From: Anthoceros angustus
Taxonomy: Eukaryota > Plantae > Anthocerotophyta
Direction of reading: 5' to 3'
Assembly (NCBI GenBank): GCA_010909165.1
Contig: MU008221.1
Span: 62,001 to 126,000, forward strand
Length of the DNA stretch: 64,000 nucleotides
The stretch's first letter is position 1. The number at the start of each line of letters is the position of its first letter. The notes beneath the pieces are model-generated. The model was not told where the DNA came from. It made no database searches and worked only from the letters and a program-made list of their open reading frames with translations. This document shows positions 46,167-58,061 of the stretch, one piece after another. The translations under genes and the position numbers were made by a program.

Positions 46167-48434
46167 CTAAAAAAGAACCATCAGTATCCAATTGGGCTTT
46201 AAGGGACACAATATAAAGTATTTTTATGAAATGGTAGAAGTCTCACACCAAAAATACCTGGATTTCATCCTCCAACTCCTTGGCAGGCTTGTCTAAATCT
46301 GCTTTTGACATAAGTAAAAACTCATTTTCGTGGACATATGATGTGTTAAACCAGAAATAAAAGAGCCTTATCTGTTGAAAATGAGAAGATGAAATCGTAA
46401 GATACAATTACAAACATATTACTTATAATTTGATCAATGCTCATTCTTCTCTCCATGTATGCACAAGCATAAACATGATCACAATATAGATGATAAAATT
46501 CCTCAGACCTATCTAAGAGCGATGAATGAATACCTCTGACCTATCTAAGAGCGATGAATGTACAGCATGAACCTCAACTTTTACATCTCCCGATAACCAA
46601 ATACTTCTCAATCCAATCAAGACATATTGATCTTGTTTATTTATAAACATAACAACGCCATCATCCTATATCAAGCATATGAAAGTATGTGTATACGAGT
46701 TAGTTAATATCATTTTAGAAAATTTCAATTACAAAACTTGTGGTCAAGGGTTATATACCCCGGTATATAGAATAAGTTCCAATTTATAGCTTCCAGAACC
46801 ATGGTTTGAATAAACTCTGATGTGAAATACTGTTATGAAAATGTGTACATTGTTAGATGACACATTTCTTTTATTTTTTTTAAATTTTTATTACAAAAAA
46901 ATATGATATATTTGTAGTTTACAAAGAAAAGTAGTAATTTGAGCCAGAAACATAAAATCTGACTACTAAGTAAGTTAACTTACAATCTCTAAAAACCTTT
47001 GAGGAAGTAACAAAACATTACATGATATATTCCTAATTTACAACGAAAAGTAGTAGTAATTTGACTTTAGTACTAACATAGTTAGACTTTATGTTCCTAG
47101 ATCAGATTAAGTCTCTAAGTTAACTTACAGTCTCTAAAAACCTTTGAGGAAGTAATAAAACACATCTGACTTAATTGTAATTCAACTTCTGGGCGGGGTC
47201 CTCGTTTTATCCTTTCATAAAAGTAACAAACATATCGTTTCTGGCTAGGAATAGTGACCCCCTGGTTTAAGACATGAACCTCTTTATTGTCATATTATTT
47301 TACTAAAACAATATAGCAAATTCACTGCATGACTCTTGAAACAAAAGTATTGCACCATCACTTACTTTCGAGTTTTTTGTTCTTTTTTCAGCGAAATGTT
47401 TCAATGCTGCATTTGGATCAGCACATTGTTTGCTATATAAGAGATATGCACATATCATCATTCCAGTTCTTCCCTACAAGAACAAAGTGAAGCATCCCCT
47501 TCATAATATAACGCAAAGTAACTATAATGCCATAGCTTCATACTATTTCATTAATTATTTCTTTTATGTAGATCCCTACATAAAAATTTGCAAGTTTTAC
47601 CTTCCCAGCTTTGCAATGTGTTACTGCCACATTGTTTGGGTCTTCATGTAGAAATTGATCCTGAAATAGTACTTCTAAATAGACTATATCCATCTTAAGA
47701 AAGTTATGCATCATGAATAGAAAAGGAAGTATTCAAACACTAACTTACCACTTTTTGGCAATATAGCAAAATAGTTTCTAGAGGTGCTGGATTATGATCC
47801 TCAAAAGGTATTCTATCAACTGTACAACAATAATTAAAATAAATTAAAAAATCCTAACGAATGTTCTTCTATTGAACAAAAGAGCTACATTGGTGGTATC
47901 TAAAATTTGAAAACTCACAATGGCAACCAAGTCTTGATTTATCATATTCTTTCTCAGAGCATCTACAGTGTCAAATGTTGAAGGTTGAGATTCTCAGCCT
48001 TGGAAGACAAAAAAGATTTTGCACACAACTTTAAGGTTAGTGTTTGCTTATTGTTATATTATTGAACATCAAGAATTCTATTAAATAAAAACTTGAATAC
48101 TGAACGATATACTAGACCAACACATATTCCATACTTACAAATTATAAACCATATAATGTTTAGAATGAAATTGCTCTAGAAAACGCTCTACTTCATACAT
48201 TGGGTTTCGAAATATGCCCTCTGTGCCTTCTGACGGAAATCCCATTGCAATGAGTCGAGGTGTAATATCTAGATATTGAAACATAAAACGTTTATTCCTA
48301 TATGGGCATAAAAGAGATAGCTCTTTCAAATGAACGAAGTGGACAGTAGTCTTACAACTCAGATCAAGATCAAAGCCCTGGGCAATATATCGACGTTTTT
48401 TCTTGGAGACCATTCCTCGTACCATGTTCTCCAT
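46167..48434 (-). CDS. PTEN: PTEN phosphoinositide phosphatase (phosphatase + C2 domain), ~11 small AT-rich exons
   Basis: Manual splice: [19 protein letters not shown]|[15 protein letters not shown]|CSEKEYD..|..PFEDHNP..|..HCKAGK|[13 protein letters not shown]..|[11 protein letters not shown]..|..|..SGDVKVE..|[14 protein letters not shown]; frame intact; last exon and stop uncertain. Confidence 0.9.
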
Positions 48435-49336
48435 AGTTTTGAAAGGTGAAAATCTGCCAGTTAGTGAATGACGATGAGAAAAGTGTTCTGCAGAGGATTG
48501 ACCCCAACATTCACAGCCACAAGGAACGAGAATTTGTTTTCAAGAATCAAGTAGAACAGGAAAAACTTCGTACTCCTCCGTTAAATGCAACAGCTTTTCC
48601 ACCATATTTGAAGACGGTGGTGTCTCTTCCATTTGAGTCGCGAGGTTGTGAAGGCAAACGGATGGCACCGGCCTCCAAATGTTCAGCGACTTTCCAGCAA
48701 CCTGTTGTAACAGCAAATGTCCGCACCCTACAGAGTTTGCTAGGAGAAGGATTTCAGTGCTCTAACCCGGAGGAGGACCGAAGCAACACAAAGTCGTAGC
48801 CCTTTACCCATGATCCTGGAGGTACCATGTGTGAACTTTCAGACCACCTCGATAAAGTCTACCATGTATCACCAATCTTAGCCTCGTGCAAAGATTCTGA
48901 TGAGCAGCGGTAGATCAGCCATACTCACTGTCAAAATGACAAGAGGCGTCCCGAATACTGGCGAGCCTACGGAATTGTAGGTCGAAGCTTTAGTGGAGCA
49001 GGGCCGAGCTCCTGATTACGAGCAGGTCCCCCTTCAGAATAGTCCCAGATAACATGTCAACGGGTCTCCAAATATATCGCTGAGGGACTAGAAAGACCTT
49101 TTGCTGCAGTTTGCCAGGTTGCATAATTCATCCAGAGTTGTCAGAAGTCTCCTTCGCATCCTGGAACACGCCATAGAGATTACCCATTGGCCAAAGCTGA
49201 CAACCATGCATACCTGACAATCGCTCCACACTGTTTGCAAGAAACAGACAAGTTAGGGTGGGGTGACTTACCTTCAACACGGAGGCTCACTGTAACGTCC
49301 TGCGATCGTGCTCAAACAGCTGGATGCAGGCAATGC

Positions 49337-50896
49337 TCAGTCCCAAATGCAAAGGAATCCCTGTTTGTCGCCACTAACCAATGGACCGCCCCCACCCCGA
49401 TTACTCCAAGCGCATACATGCACAGGGTTGTTGTGAGCTCTTAGGCGGTAACTCTCTTTGGTATTGACAACCCACACAAAGACCGAGCCATCTACAGACC
49501 CGCAAGCAATATAGCTTTCGTCTGCACTCATACACGAGCGGGTCCAGTTGGTGGCCACTCCGAAGCCAGCAGCAGAGTAAGAACCCTGAGTCCCTAGATG
49601 TCGTAAATCAAACACCCTCAAGCTGTTATCTCTGCCAGCGGTCAAGACATAACGGCCAGTCTTGGACACGGTAACAGACGTAACGGCCTGAGGGCCTGCA
49701 ATAGCAAGAGCCCCTGTCCTTCTAGTTCGAATATCCCAAACACGGAGACTCCCATCAAGATGGCCAGAGCACACACAAAATCCATCCGTTGTCGCAGCCA
49801 AGGAAGTGCAATGACTCCCGCATGCCCAGCTCTCCAGACCATAACCCTTGGCCAGATCCCAGACCTTAATAGTTCGGTCATCCGCCGCACTGACAGCCTT
49901 GCAGCTAGTGGATTCCACAAAATCAGCAGCAGAAACGCGCGCTGTATGCCCCGTGAGCGTATGTAAGAGCCGACCAGAATTAACCTCCCAGAGAAAAAGC
50001 GTGTCCTCGCTGGACGCCGCGAGCACAAGCTGATCGTCACTGGAGATCGCCATATCAAGAATGGAACCGAGAAATCCTTTCAACGAGCCAGTCGCAATGC
50101 TTCTATTCGAATCCCAAACTCTGATACCTCGGTCATGACCTCCGCTCAACAGCACGCCACTTCCGCGCGCAAACACCAGAGCACTACATCCACCTTGATG
50201 CGCCTTCACCAGCCGGCGAGCCTTCTCAGGAACAGAAGATTTCACTTCATCAGCCTCCAAAATCTCCCAGTCTTCGCTCTCCTCCGACTCCGATCCTCCC
50301 CTTCCCTTCCCGCGCACCGATCCAGCAACATGCTCCCTCGCATACTCCTCCAATTCCTTCGCCTTACGAGCAGCGGAATACCTAGCATCGGATTCACTCA
50401 GCACCTGCATAAACCTGGCACTCTCGTCCACCATGCGGTCAGCCAACAGCTCATTCTCCGCCACCTGCTCAGCCACAGCCTGCTCCACTCGCGCCACCTG
50501 ATCCCTCAGCAGAGCCATCTCCAGCTTCAACGAATCAATGCGCCTCTCCGCCAAAGCTTTCTCCTCTTCCAGCTCCTCCATGCTCCGCACGCTCTGGCTC
50601 CTGGCATCTTCCAGCTGCGCCACGCGCCACACCGTGCGCGCATTCAGTCGTCGAAGCTCCTGGACCGCCGTATGCTCGTCCCTCAGCTGGTGAGCCCATC
50701 GTTCTCCCGCCTGGCGGAGCTGTGTCAGCTCCTCCTCCAAATCCTCCACCATCTTCCTCTGCCGCTGCAATGATCCGCAATAAATCTGCCCCATCAAAGC
50801 CTGGCACGCGGGGCCATGCGCCAGCTCCTCGTCGGCATGCCGCCTGCGCAGTGCCCGATATGCCTGCCTGATGGCTGCAGCATGGCGTTCCTCCAT
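49337..50896 (-). CDS. ATG16: Autophagy protein 16 (coiled coil + WD40), intronless
   Basis: ALRRRH..EE.AHGPA N-terminus, coiled coil with ENELLADRMV, WD40 repeats, NWTRSCMSADESY..GSVDGSV. Confidence 0.88.
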   Translation of the reverse strand: MEERHAAAIRQAYRALRRRHADEELAHGPACQALMGQIYCGSLQRQRKMVEDLEEELTQLRQAGERWAHQLRDEHTAVQELRRLNARTVWRVAQLEDARSQSVRSMEELEEEKALAERRIDSLKLEMALLRDQVARVEQAVAEQVAENELLADRMVDESARFMQVLSESDARYSAARKAKELEEYAREHVAGSVRGKGRGGSESEESEDWEILEADEVKSSVPEKARRLVKAHQGGCSALVFARGSGVLLSGGHDRGIRVWDSNRSIATGSLKGFLGSILDMAISSDDQLVLAASSEDTLFLWEVNSGRLLHTLTGHTARVSAADFVESTSCKAVSAADDRTIKVWDLAKGYGLESWACGSHCTSLAATTDGFCVCSGHLDGSLRVWDIRTRRTGALAIAGPQAVTSVTVSKTGRYVLTAGRDNSLRVFDLRHLGTQGSYSAAGFGVATNWTRSCMSADESYIACGSVDGSVFVWVVNTKESYRLRAHNNPVHVCAWSNRGGGGPLVSGDKQGFLCIWD

Positions 50897-51104
50897 CCTC
50901 CAAATCCTCCCCCTTCCATCCGAGACCCGCAGCCCGCGCCATAGCTACCACGTTCTTATACATATCCATTCCAGTCCGTGAAGCCGTTTCCTGTCGCTTG
51001 ACTTGGAAAAAGGTTACATTGGCGACAGGATCGCAATTTTACGCAACCCCACTCTTACCTCAAGTGTATCTATCTCATTGGTTTGCGATACAAGCAATGA
51101 CCTT

Positions 51105-51563
51105 CAGGTTTGTTTGTGAGCAGCATGAAGAGAGTTTACAACAAAGCGATATGGTGATGACGAGCTCCTGACTGCAGTTTGAGAGGTACTGACAACGGCG
51201 AGTGCAAAATCGAGGCCCTTGGAGGGCCACAGAGAACGTCCGCAGATAGTGCAAAGAATGAAACGTCGAAGGTCGACCATTGCGGCGGGCATTTTCACTC
51301 TCGGCGTGGCCTTGCTGTTCTCCAACTCCTCCTTGCTGCAAGGCAGAGTCGCATCTTCAGGTCTTGGATCTCCTCCTTCCTCGATGCTGGTCTGACTGGG
51401 CAAATAGTGCTCAATTTGCGGCTGAGATCCCCACGACTCCCTAATTTGGTTGTTCCGTCTGTGGAAGAAGGAGCTGGCTTCTAGATTTCCAACGGTCTCT
51501 ACAAGAATTGTAGTAGCTCTTCATCAAAGCTTGCTGTTCAGGAATGGTACCCCGAAGTGACCG
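51105..51563 (+). pseudogene. Truncated duplicate of the upstream region, exon 1 and intron 1 of the PRXL2-like gene
   Basis: Aligns with 57900-58381; MKRRRSTIAAGIFTLGVALLFSNS; homology ends a few bases into exon 2. Confidence 0.88.
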
Positions 51564-51845
51564 CAGCGCTGACGAACCAAAGCTAGGAGCGCTCCAAGAA
51601 GATCGACTGAAGCGAGAGATAACCAGGAGTCGGCGGTTTCAAAAGGTCCAGTTCATGGCCAGTGGCAAGGAGTATCGAGTGGATGGGATTGGGGTTTTGT
51701 TTCCCACGCAAATTGCAGGTAAAGGATGCGGGGTACTTGGCGGCTTTACCCGGTCCGTAGCGGGTACGAGGGTTGGTGATACCATCAATAACGCAGCCCG
51801 GAGAGCTGGGACGCCGCGAACATGAAAAGCAGCCTGTGGCCATGC

Positions 51846-54800
51846 TCAGATCACCAGGGCCTGGAAGGTGCGAGTTGCTTCCTCCACGATTTCCAGCTCC
51901 CTCGCCAGCTCCGCCAATTTGGCGTTGTCCTCGGCCTGCACACTGGCTGGAGCCTTCGCGTAGCCCGCGCTGCTGATTGCGGTTGACAGTGTTTCCTGTT
52001 GCCTGTCATGCCAGCGACAGCCGAGCGGCACACACCTTGAGAAATGTACAATGGGCGGATATAGGAGTTTGGATTCTTTGGAATGGCAGGCCAGCCAGAT
52101 CTCACCTCAGAAGCTCATCTTTCCTCTTCTTCAACTTGGCTATTTCCAACCCAGCATTCACCAAACCTTTGACGACCAAGTACACGGACACAGTTGCGTT
52201 CACGATTGCAACCGCGCATCCCACTGGAGGTTGTTCCGAGTCTTTCCAGACCTGGATTAAAAAAAATGGATGCCAGACTTCACTCAAGTCAATCTTTGAA
52301 GACTGGGAAGGTTTAAGAAGCACGGCACCAGGACAGTGAGATACAGACCTTAACAGTTACACATGCCAAGGTTGATATCACGGGGACACCATTGCTGATC
52401 AAGTCCGCTAGTATAGCAGAGTCCTGGACACCACAAATAACTCCGCCCTGAAACAGTGACAAGCATGCAGGAGACAAAGCAGGAAAGGTTAGGTAACCTA
52501 GCGTGCTTGCTAAGCTCAGGAACGCTAATCGGGCATTGTTCATGGATCGTCACCTCTGCGTCATCTGCAAACCATTCGCCATCCGCAACCCTCTTGCGGA
52601 CCTCACAATCGATTCAGTCAGTCCCATCTGTGCCTCAACTTTTAGATTTGACCAATCCTGGCACACATGCAATGTTTAGTGGGCACACAAAGGTTCACAA
52701 CCAAGTTACACAGCCTTGTAACCAGGTACCAGCTTCAGTAGCAGCAATGGTTGGATAACCAACCTCGTGCACGGATGGATACTCTGCAACCATGATCGAC
52801 GACACAGCTTCTTTCCGCGGCAGCCTTTGCCATAGCTCCTCGGTTATGAATGGCATAAGTAGATGAAGGAGCCGAAGGCCTGTGTCCAGGCATATCCACA
52901 CAGTGTCTTTTACACCAGTCTTGATAGCAACAACATCTGCCTCATCGCTGTTTGTTGACAAACGTGGCTTTATAATAAATACATCACATACCTGATACTG
53001 CCACCCGGAATAAATAGCCGTCGTTGCTTTTGTCAGGTCATAGTTTGCAAAAGCATCATTTGTCCTGTAGATTGTATGATTCAGCACTGACAGGATCCAT
53101 TTACAGCTAAATGGCAAAGAAGCCACATCCACAGACTTGGAAGGGACGAAGTCTGATCCGAGTTTTATTAATGCAAAGCGGATGGCATTCCACAGCTTGT
53201 TGCACCATTGCCTATGGCCTACCACCCGCTGAATATCGAGGTTCATCTTCATTGGCTGCAAGAGGGCACAAAGTTTACCACCATGATCAGAAGCGCCACC
53301 TCAGAATATGAACTTTAATGAATGAGGGTTTTTCTTACCTGCATTGTGTAGGAGACAAGGGCAAACCGAAGAGCATCAGCACCACATTCAATGATCCCAT
53401 TTGGATTATCTACCACCAGATTTTTTTGATGCCCTCTCTACTTCAGCTTGCTCAAGGTTACCCTGTGTGGGCTTGCTCTGAAGGCTTTCCAAGCTAATAC
53501 CCGAAATAACTTCTAAGGGATCAATTACATTTCCCAAAGAATTCGACATTTTGCGACCCTGGGCATCCCTCATAATCGCGTGAAGGAACACCTGCAAAGA
53601 ACCCCTGCTGTTAGAAATCATACAAAGAAAGAGTCAAGTCAATTATGAATCTCAATGGTAAGTACAAAACACAAAAAAAGGCTCACCTGTTTAAATGGGA
53701 CTTCATTTGTCAGCTTCATGCTCATTATTACCATCCTAGCGACAGAATATCATGTCCGGTTTCAAGCAGTGATGTTGGGTAGAATGTGCCCATATCCGCC
53801 GTTTCCTCTGGCCACCCCATCACAGAGAAAGGGAATAACCCAGACGAAAACCATGTGTCCAAAACATCAGGATCTTGTTCCAGCCGGAACTTCTTCCCAG
53901 CAAACTTCTTGTTGGCATTGGCCTTGGCTTCCGTTTCGTTTCTACCGACGACCCAGTGATCACTATAAGACCCAAGTCCTTCCAGCTCATCATTATCAAA
54001 ATGAGCATACCATGCAGGGACACGATGACCCCACCACAGATGCCTTGATATGCACCAAGGCCGAATGTTCCTCAGCCATCTGCAATATTGAACACGATGT
54101 GTTTCACTTTCTGCAAGAAAGTCCACTTTCTGTGAAACAACATACGATCAAATTCCTCGCCAGAGAATCTCCAGTCATGCACATAGGCTGCTACTAGCTA
54201 ATGTACAACTCAGTCAACATAAGCTCCCTTTGGTGTTCAGAAACCTGCTCGCACAATGCAGGACGTGCAAGACTGTGCATATTTCATCAAGCACCAACTT
54301 GGATAGCTTACGCATGCCAGGTGTCCTCAAACAGCTTTGGTAGGATTTTGAGTTTGCCTTCCTTGACCGCGTTGCTAGCATCCTCAGCCATTTGACCACT
54401 GCGGTTTGACCAAGGGCTCCACTACATCATTGCTTCGGGAACAGATTCCTAGCTTCATAGGATTGTCTGCGACTCTCCTATCAAGTCCCTGCGACACAAA
54501 CAAACCTCATCAAGTTCAAGAATGCATAGTCCCACTTCACGAAGCGCAAAACCTGTTTCCCTATTCATTCACCATACCACAAAGGATACAACGTCCCACC
54601 TTGGATTCCAATGCTTTGAGGACTTTCACTCGAGCATCGAAGCGCTTAAGGCCGTCAAATTCTTGTCCCCCGCTGCTGTTGATCTTGCCATCATCTGTAA
54701 AGATGTTGATAAACTCCAAGTTGTGCCGCTTACCAACCTCGTAGTCATTTGGGTCATGTGCTGGGGTGATCTGCACAACATAAAGTCACATGCTCAGCAT

Positions 54801-56684
54801 GAAGGAACCTAAACCCCTAACAGCTGCACAACCAGGTAAACGGCAGGTGCAACTAATTCTAGGCCCACCTTTACTGCACCAGTTCCAAATGCCATGTCCA
54901 CCAGCTCAGCATCTAAAATAATTGGGATTCTTCTCCCGTTGAAAGGGTGTATTACATATTTTCCACGCAGATGTCTATACCTATCATCATTTGGATGAAC
55001 TGCTACCGCTGTATCACCAAGCATGGTCTCTGGTCGGGTTGTTGCCACTACAATTTCACCACTCCCATCTTCCAACGGATATGCGAAGGATGTGATGGTA
55101 CCAAACTCCACTTTCTGATCATAACCTGGTACCTTAATTGCTTCCCTCTTCTCTAGGTCCTTATAGTCCACCTGATAAGCCAATTGGGTTGATTGGATCA
55201 AAAGGTGAGTCCACCTTAAAGATACAAGTACTGGGAGAAAGTCAGGAACACTAAGGAGAATATTGTTTGAAAAGGCTGCAAAGAGGTACCTCTATATCCG
55301 AAATTGCAGTCTTAAGGGTACAATCCCAGTTTACAAGTCGATCATCTCTGCAGTGCAAAACTGTAAGGCACAAGAAGAGAAAGCATACGCACAGCAGATG
55401 ACAGTTGGCGCTGATTTAGAGGTGACCTGATATAGAACTGACCTGTATATCAGGCCCTCGTCATAAAGGTGTACAAATGCTTCAGTTACAGCTTTGGACA
55501 ACTTGGCATCCATTGTAAAACACTGCAGCATGCTCTGGCGTATCACTCTACATTCACTCCTTCAAGTCACAGGGCCTCACAGTTTGGAAGCTGTATACCT
55601 TCGCCTCAAACTTTTCCCTACCAATGTCATGCCTTGTCAAATTACTTTCCTTCATGATCTTCTTCTCCACAACTACCTGCAGTAGTCAAGGTTGCAGATG
55701 GTTGAAAAGGAAAGTGACCTAGCTTTGACATCCCTTCGAACTTAAACCCTGAACCCCACACCTCACTAGTGGAACCAGCAGTGGGAAGGCGAACGTTGGT
55801 ACCTGAGTTGCAATGCCAGCATGGTCCATGCCTGGAACCAAAAGCGTATTGTAGCCTCTCATTCTGTGCCATCTGACACGGAATCCTAAGAGAGCAGAAA
55901 AGAAGTTGGTGAACCAACCAGTGAGCTCTTAGACACTGCTTCTGTTCCAAACCAGAAGGCATCATCTCTTACCTGGATGGCAGCAGTTAAGGCATGCCCA
56001 ATGTGCAGGGCACCAGTCACGTTTGGCGGGGGTACTACCTGCAGTAGGAACCACGCTTAGGCTGAGCCACATACGTGATTCCACAGCCTACTAAGCAGAA
56101 GTGAGGAAAATGCTTACAATCACAAACGGCGGCTTGGTACTGGTGTTGTCGGCCACAAAGAATCCCGATTCCTCCCACCACTCATACCACTGCATCAACA
56201 ACCGAAGTATGAAAACCACAACAGAAGCCAAGCATTTAAAAAGTTTGTATCACCAGAGCTGCATGCCAAGGCTGACCTCCTCTCCACAGCCTTAGGGCTA
56301 TAGGACGGGGCCATGAGAGCCGCCAGCTGCTTCTTCTGGCCAGCCGGCGTGGGAGGATCAGCCACCACTTCCTCTGCAGCTGCAGGCCGCTTGGCCTTGG
56401 TCTCCTTCTTCTTCCCTGGCCCATTTGGTGCGGCCTTGGCAGCTTTAGCTGCCTCTGCCTTCCGCGCAGCTTTCTGCTTCTTCAACTCCTTCTCCCTGGC
56501 CTGTAGACAATGCTGGAATCTGAATCAAACAGGGAGACAAGATCCTGCCTCACACAACACACAATGCGGCTCTGCCACAGGTCAGCAGCAGCTGGCGGCC
56601 GCACCTTCTCCTCCTTCTTCTTCTTCTTCTTCTTCTTCTTCTTGCGCTCGGATCTTCATCTTGACGGCCCTGTCCAGCCTCCAT
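51846..56684 (-). pseudogene. Intron-containing cytosolic valyl-tRNA synthetase pseudogene
   Basis: [52 protein letters not shown]; KMSKS changed to KMSNS; frameshifts or deletions near 56645, 54400, 53420; an expected exon near 55560 not found. Confidence 0.88.
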
Positions 56685-57399
56685 GGCCGATCACCAAAGC
56701 AATAGCTGCTGATCGCCCAGGACGGGTTCTCGAACAGGACCCAGTCGCTGCCCAAATATGAGAGGAGCGGAAAACCTCTGGCTTTGATCTTTGATACTGT
56801 CTTCTTCCTGCTGATACTCTTCTTCCTGAGCTGCTGTTTGCGCAAACTAAGTTTTGCTAGCGTGGGGCGGAAGCATGGATAGGCGGAAGCAGCCCAACTT
56901 GTCGGTGACTGGCACTCCTGGCACAGGCAAGACGTCCACTTGTTCATTGTTGGCCAGTGCTACAGGCTTCAATCACGTCAACGTGGGCGAGATCTATCAC
57001 CCAAAAAACACTTCATGATGGATGGGACGAGAACTTCGACTGCTACGTTGTGAACGAGGATCTGGTACGACAACCCATCCATGCCATGCCAACCATGTTC
57101 GCTATGTTTTCACACTGCGCCTTCCTGATGGATATTGCCAGGTCGATGGTCGTTGACAGGAGCAGGAGCGCTTGTGGCAACAATATTTTCTAGACCCTAC
57201 CATGTGGTGGGATAAGAGACGAGATAAGAAGAGCTCTGGCGTAAGGAGTCTGGTCGGTTGCTGTTGTTTGACAACATGTTTAAGCCAGCTTGGGTTGATG
57301 AGCAGCTGATTTCCTTGGAAAAACTCTGAGGCCGTTGGAGCCCTGGAATCTTTATCGCAGCCAGACTCTGCTATTCCTCAGCCTCTGCCTTTCCTCAGT

Positions 57400-57670
57400 C
57401 TCTGTTAATTTTTTCTGTGCTAAAACTGTATACGGCTAAGGATCTGGTTGTTGGGCGACGAGTTCATGACCTCACTGTCAAACTCGGGTACGAGTGGGAT
57501 GCATACTTGGGGAACCATATCTCGCGCATGTATTCATGTCGAGGAAGGCTAGAGGAGGATGGATGTGTTCACCAGGAGGGTGCCATAATCTCTGCATATG
57601 CTAAGCATGGGAAGCCTAACGTGGGCATACGACTGAACCTTGAGATGCGTAGGTCAGGACTGAAGGCGAT
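57400..57670 (+). pseudogene. PLS-PPR N-terminal fragment related to 30760-31225
   Basis: LKLYTAKDLVVGRRVHDLTVK..DAYLGNHISRMYSCRGRLEE..AIISAYAKHG..EMRRSGLK. Confidence 0.82.
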
Positions 57671-58061
57671 GCGTAGGCCTCGGACCTTTGTGTACCGCGG
57701 TATCTTTAGGCCTAGCCGGAACAGACTACCTATAGGATTGATCAGGTGGGTACTGCTGATCACACATGAGGGTGATGGAATGGCAGTCATTACAAAGGTA
57801 TACACTTAACCACCTGACTAGCCATGTCTAAGGAAGGCTACGCTGCAAGCACTTGTTGGTGCCATGTACAGGTTCTATGGAACCATAATGTCTAAAGTAC
57901 AGGTTTGTGTGTGAGCAGTGTGAACCGAGTGTACGAAGAAGTGATGAGCTGATAACGAGCTCCCGACTGCAGTTTGAAGTTTGAACGTGGTTTTGACAAG
58001 GGCGGGCGCAAAAGCAGGGCCTTCGGAGGGCCAACTTGGTGGTCCACTAACAGAGCAAAGA

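Noticed and set aside
48435-49336. Voltage-sensor exons making the PTEN a VSP/TPTE
   Set aside because: In-frame stop ~35 codons upstream and no TM/S4 pattern recognised; not fully excluded without transcripts
49337-50896. ATG16 as a retrocopy or HGT because it lacks introns
   Set aside because: No poly(A) or TSD seen and the architecture is ordinary plant ATG16; intron absence alone is insufficient
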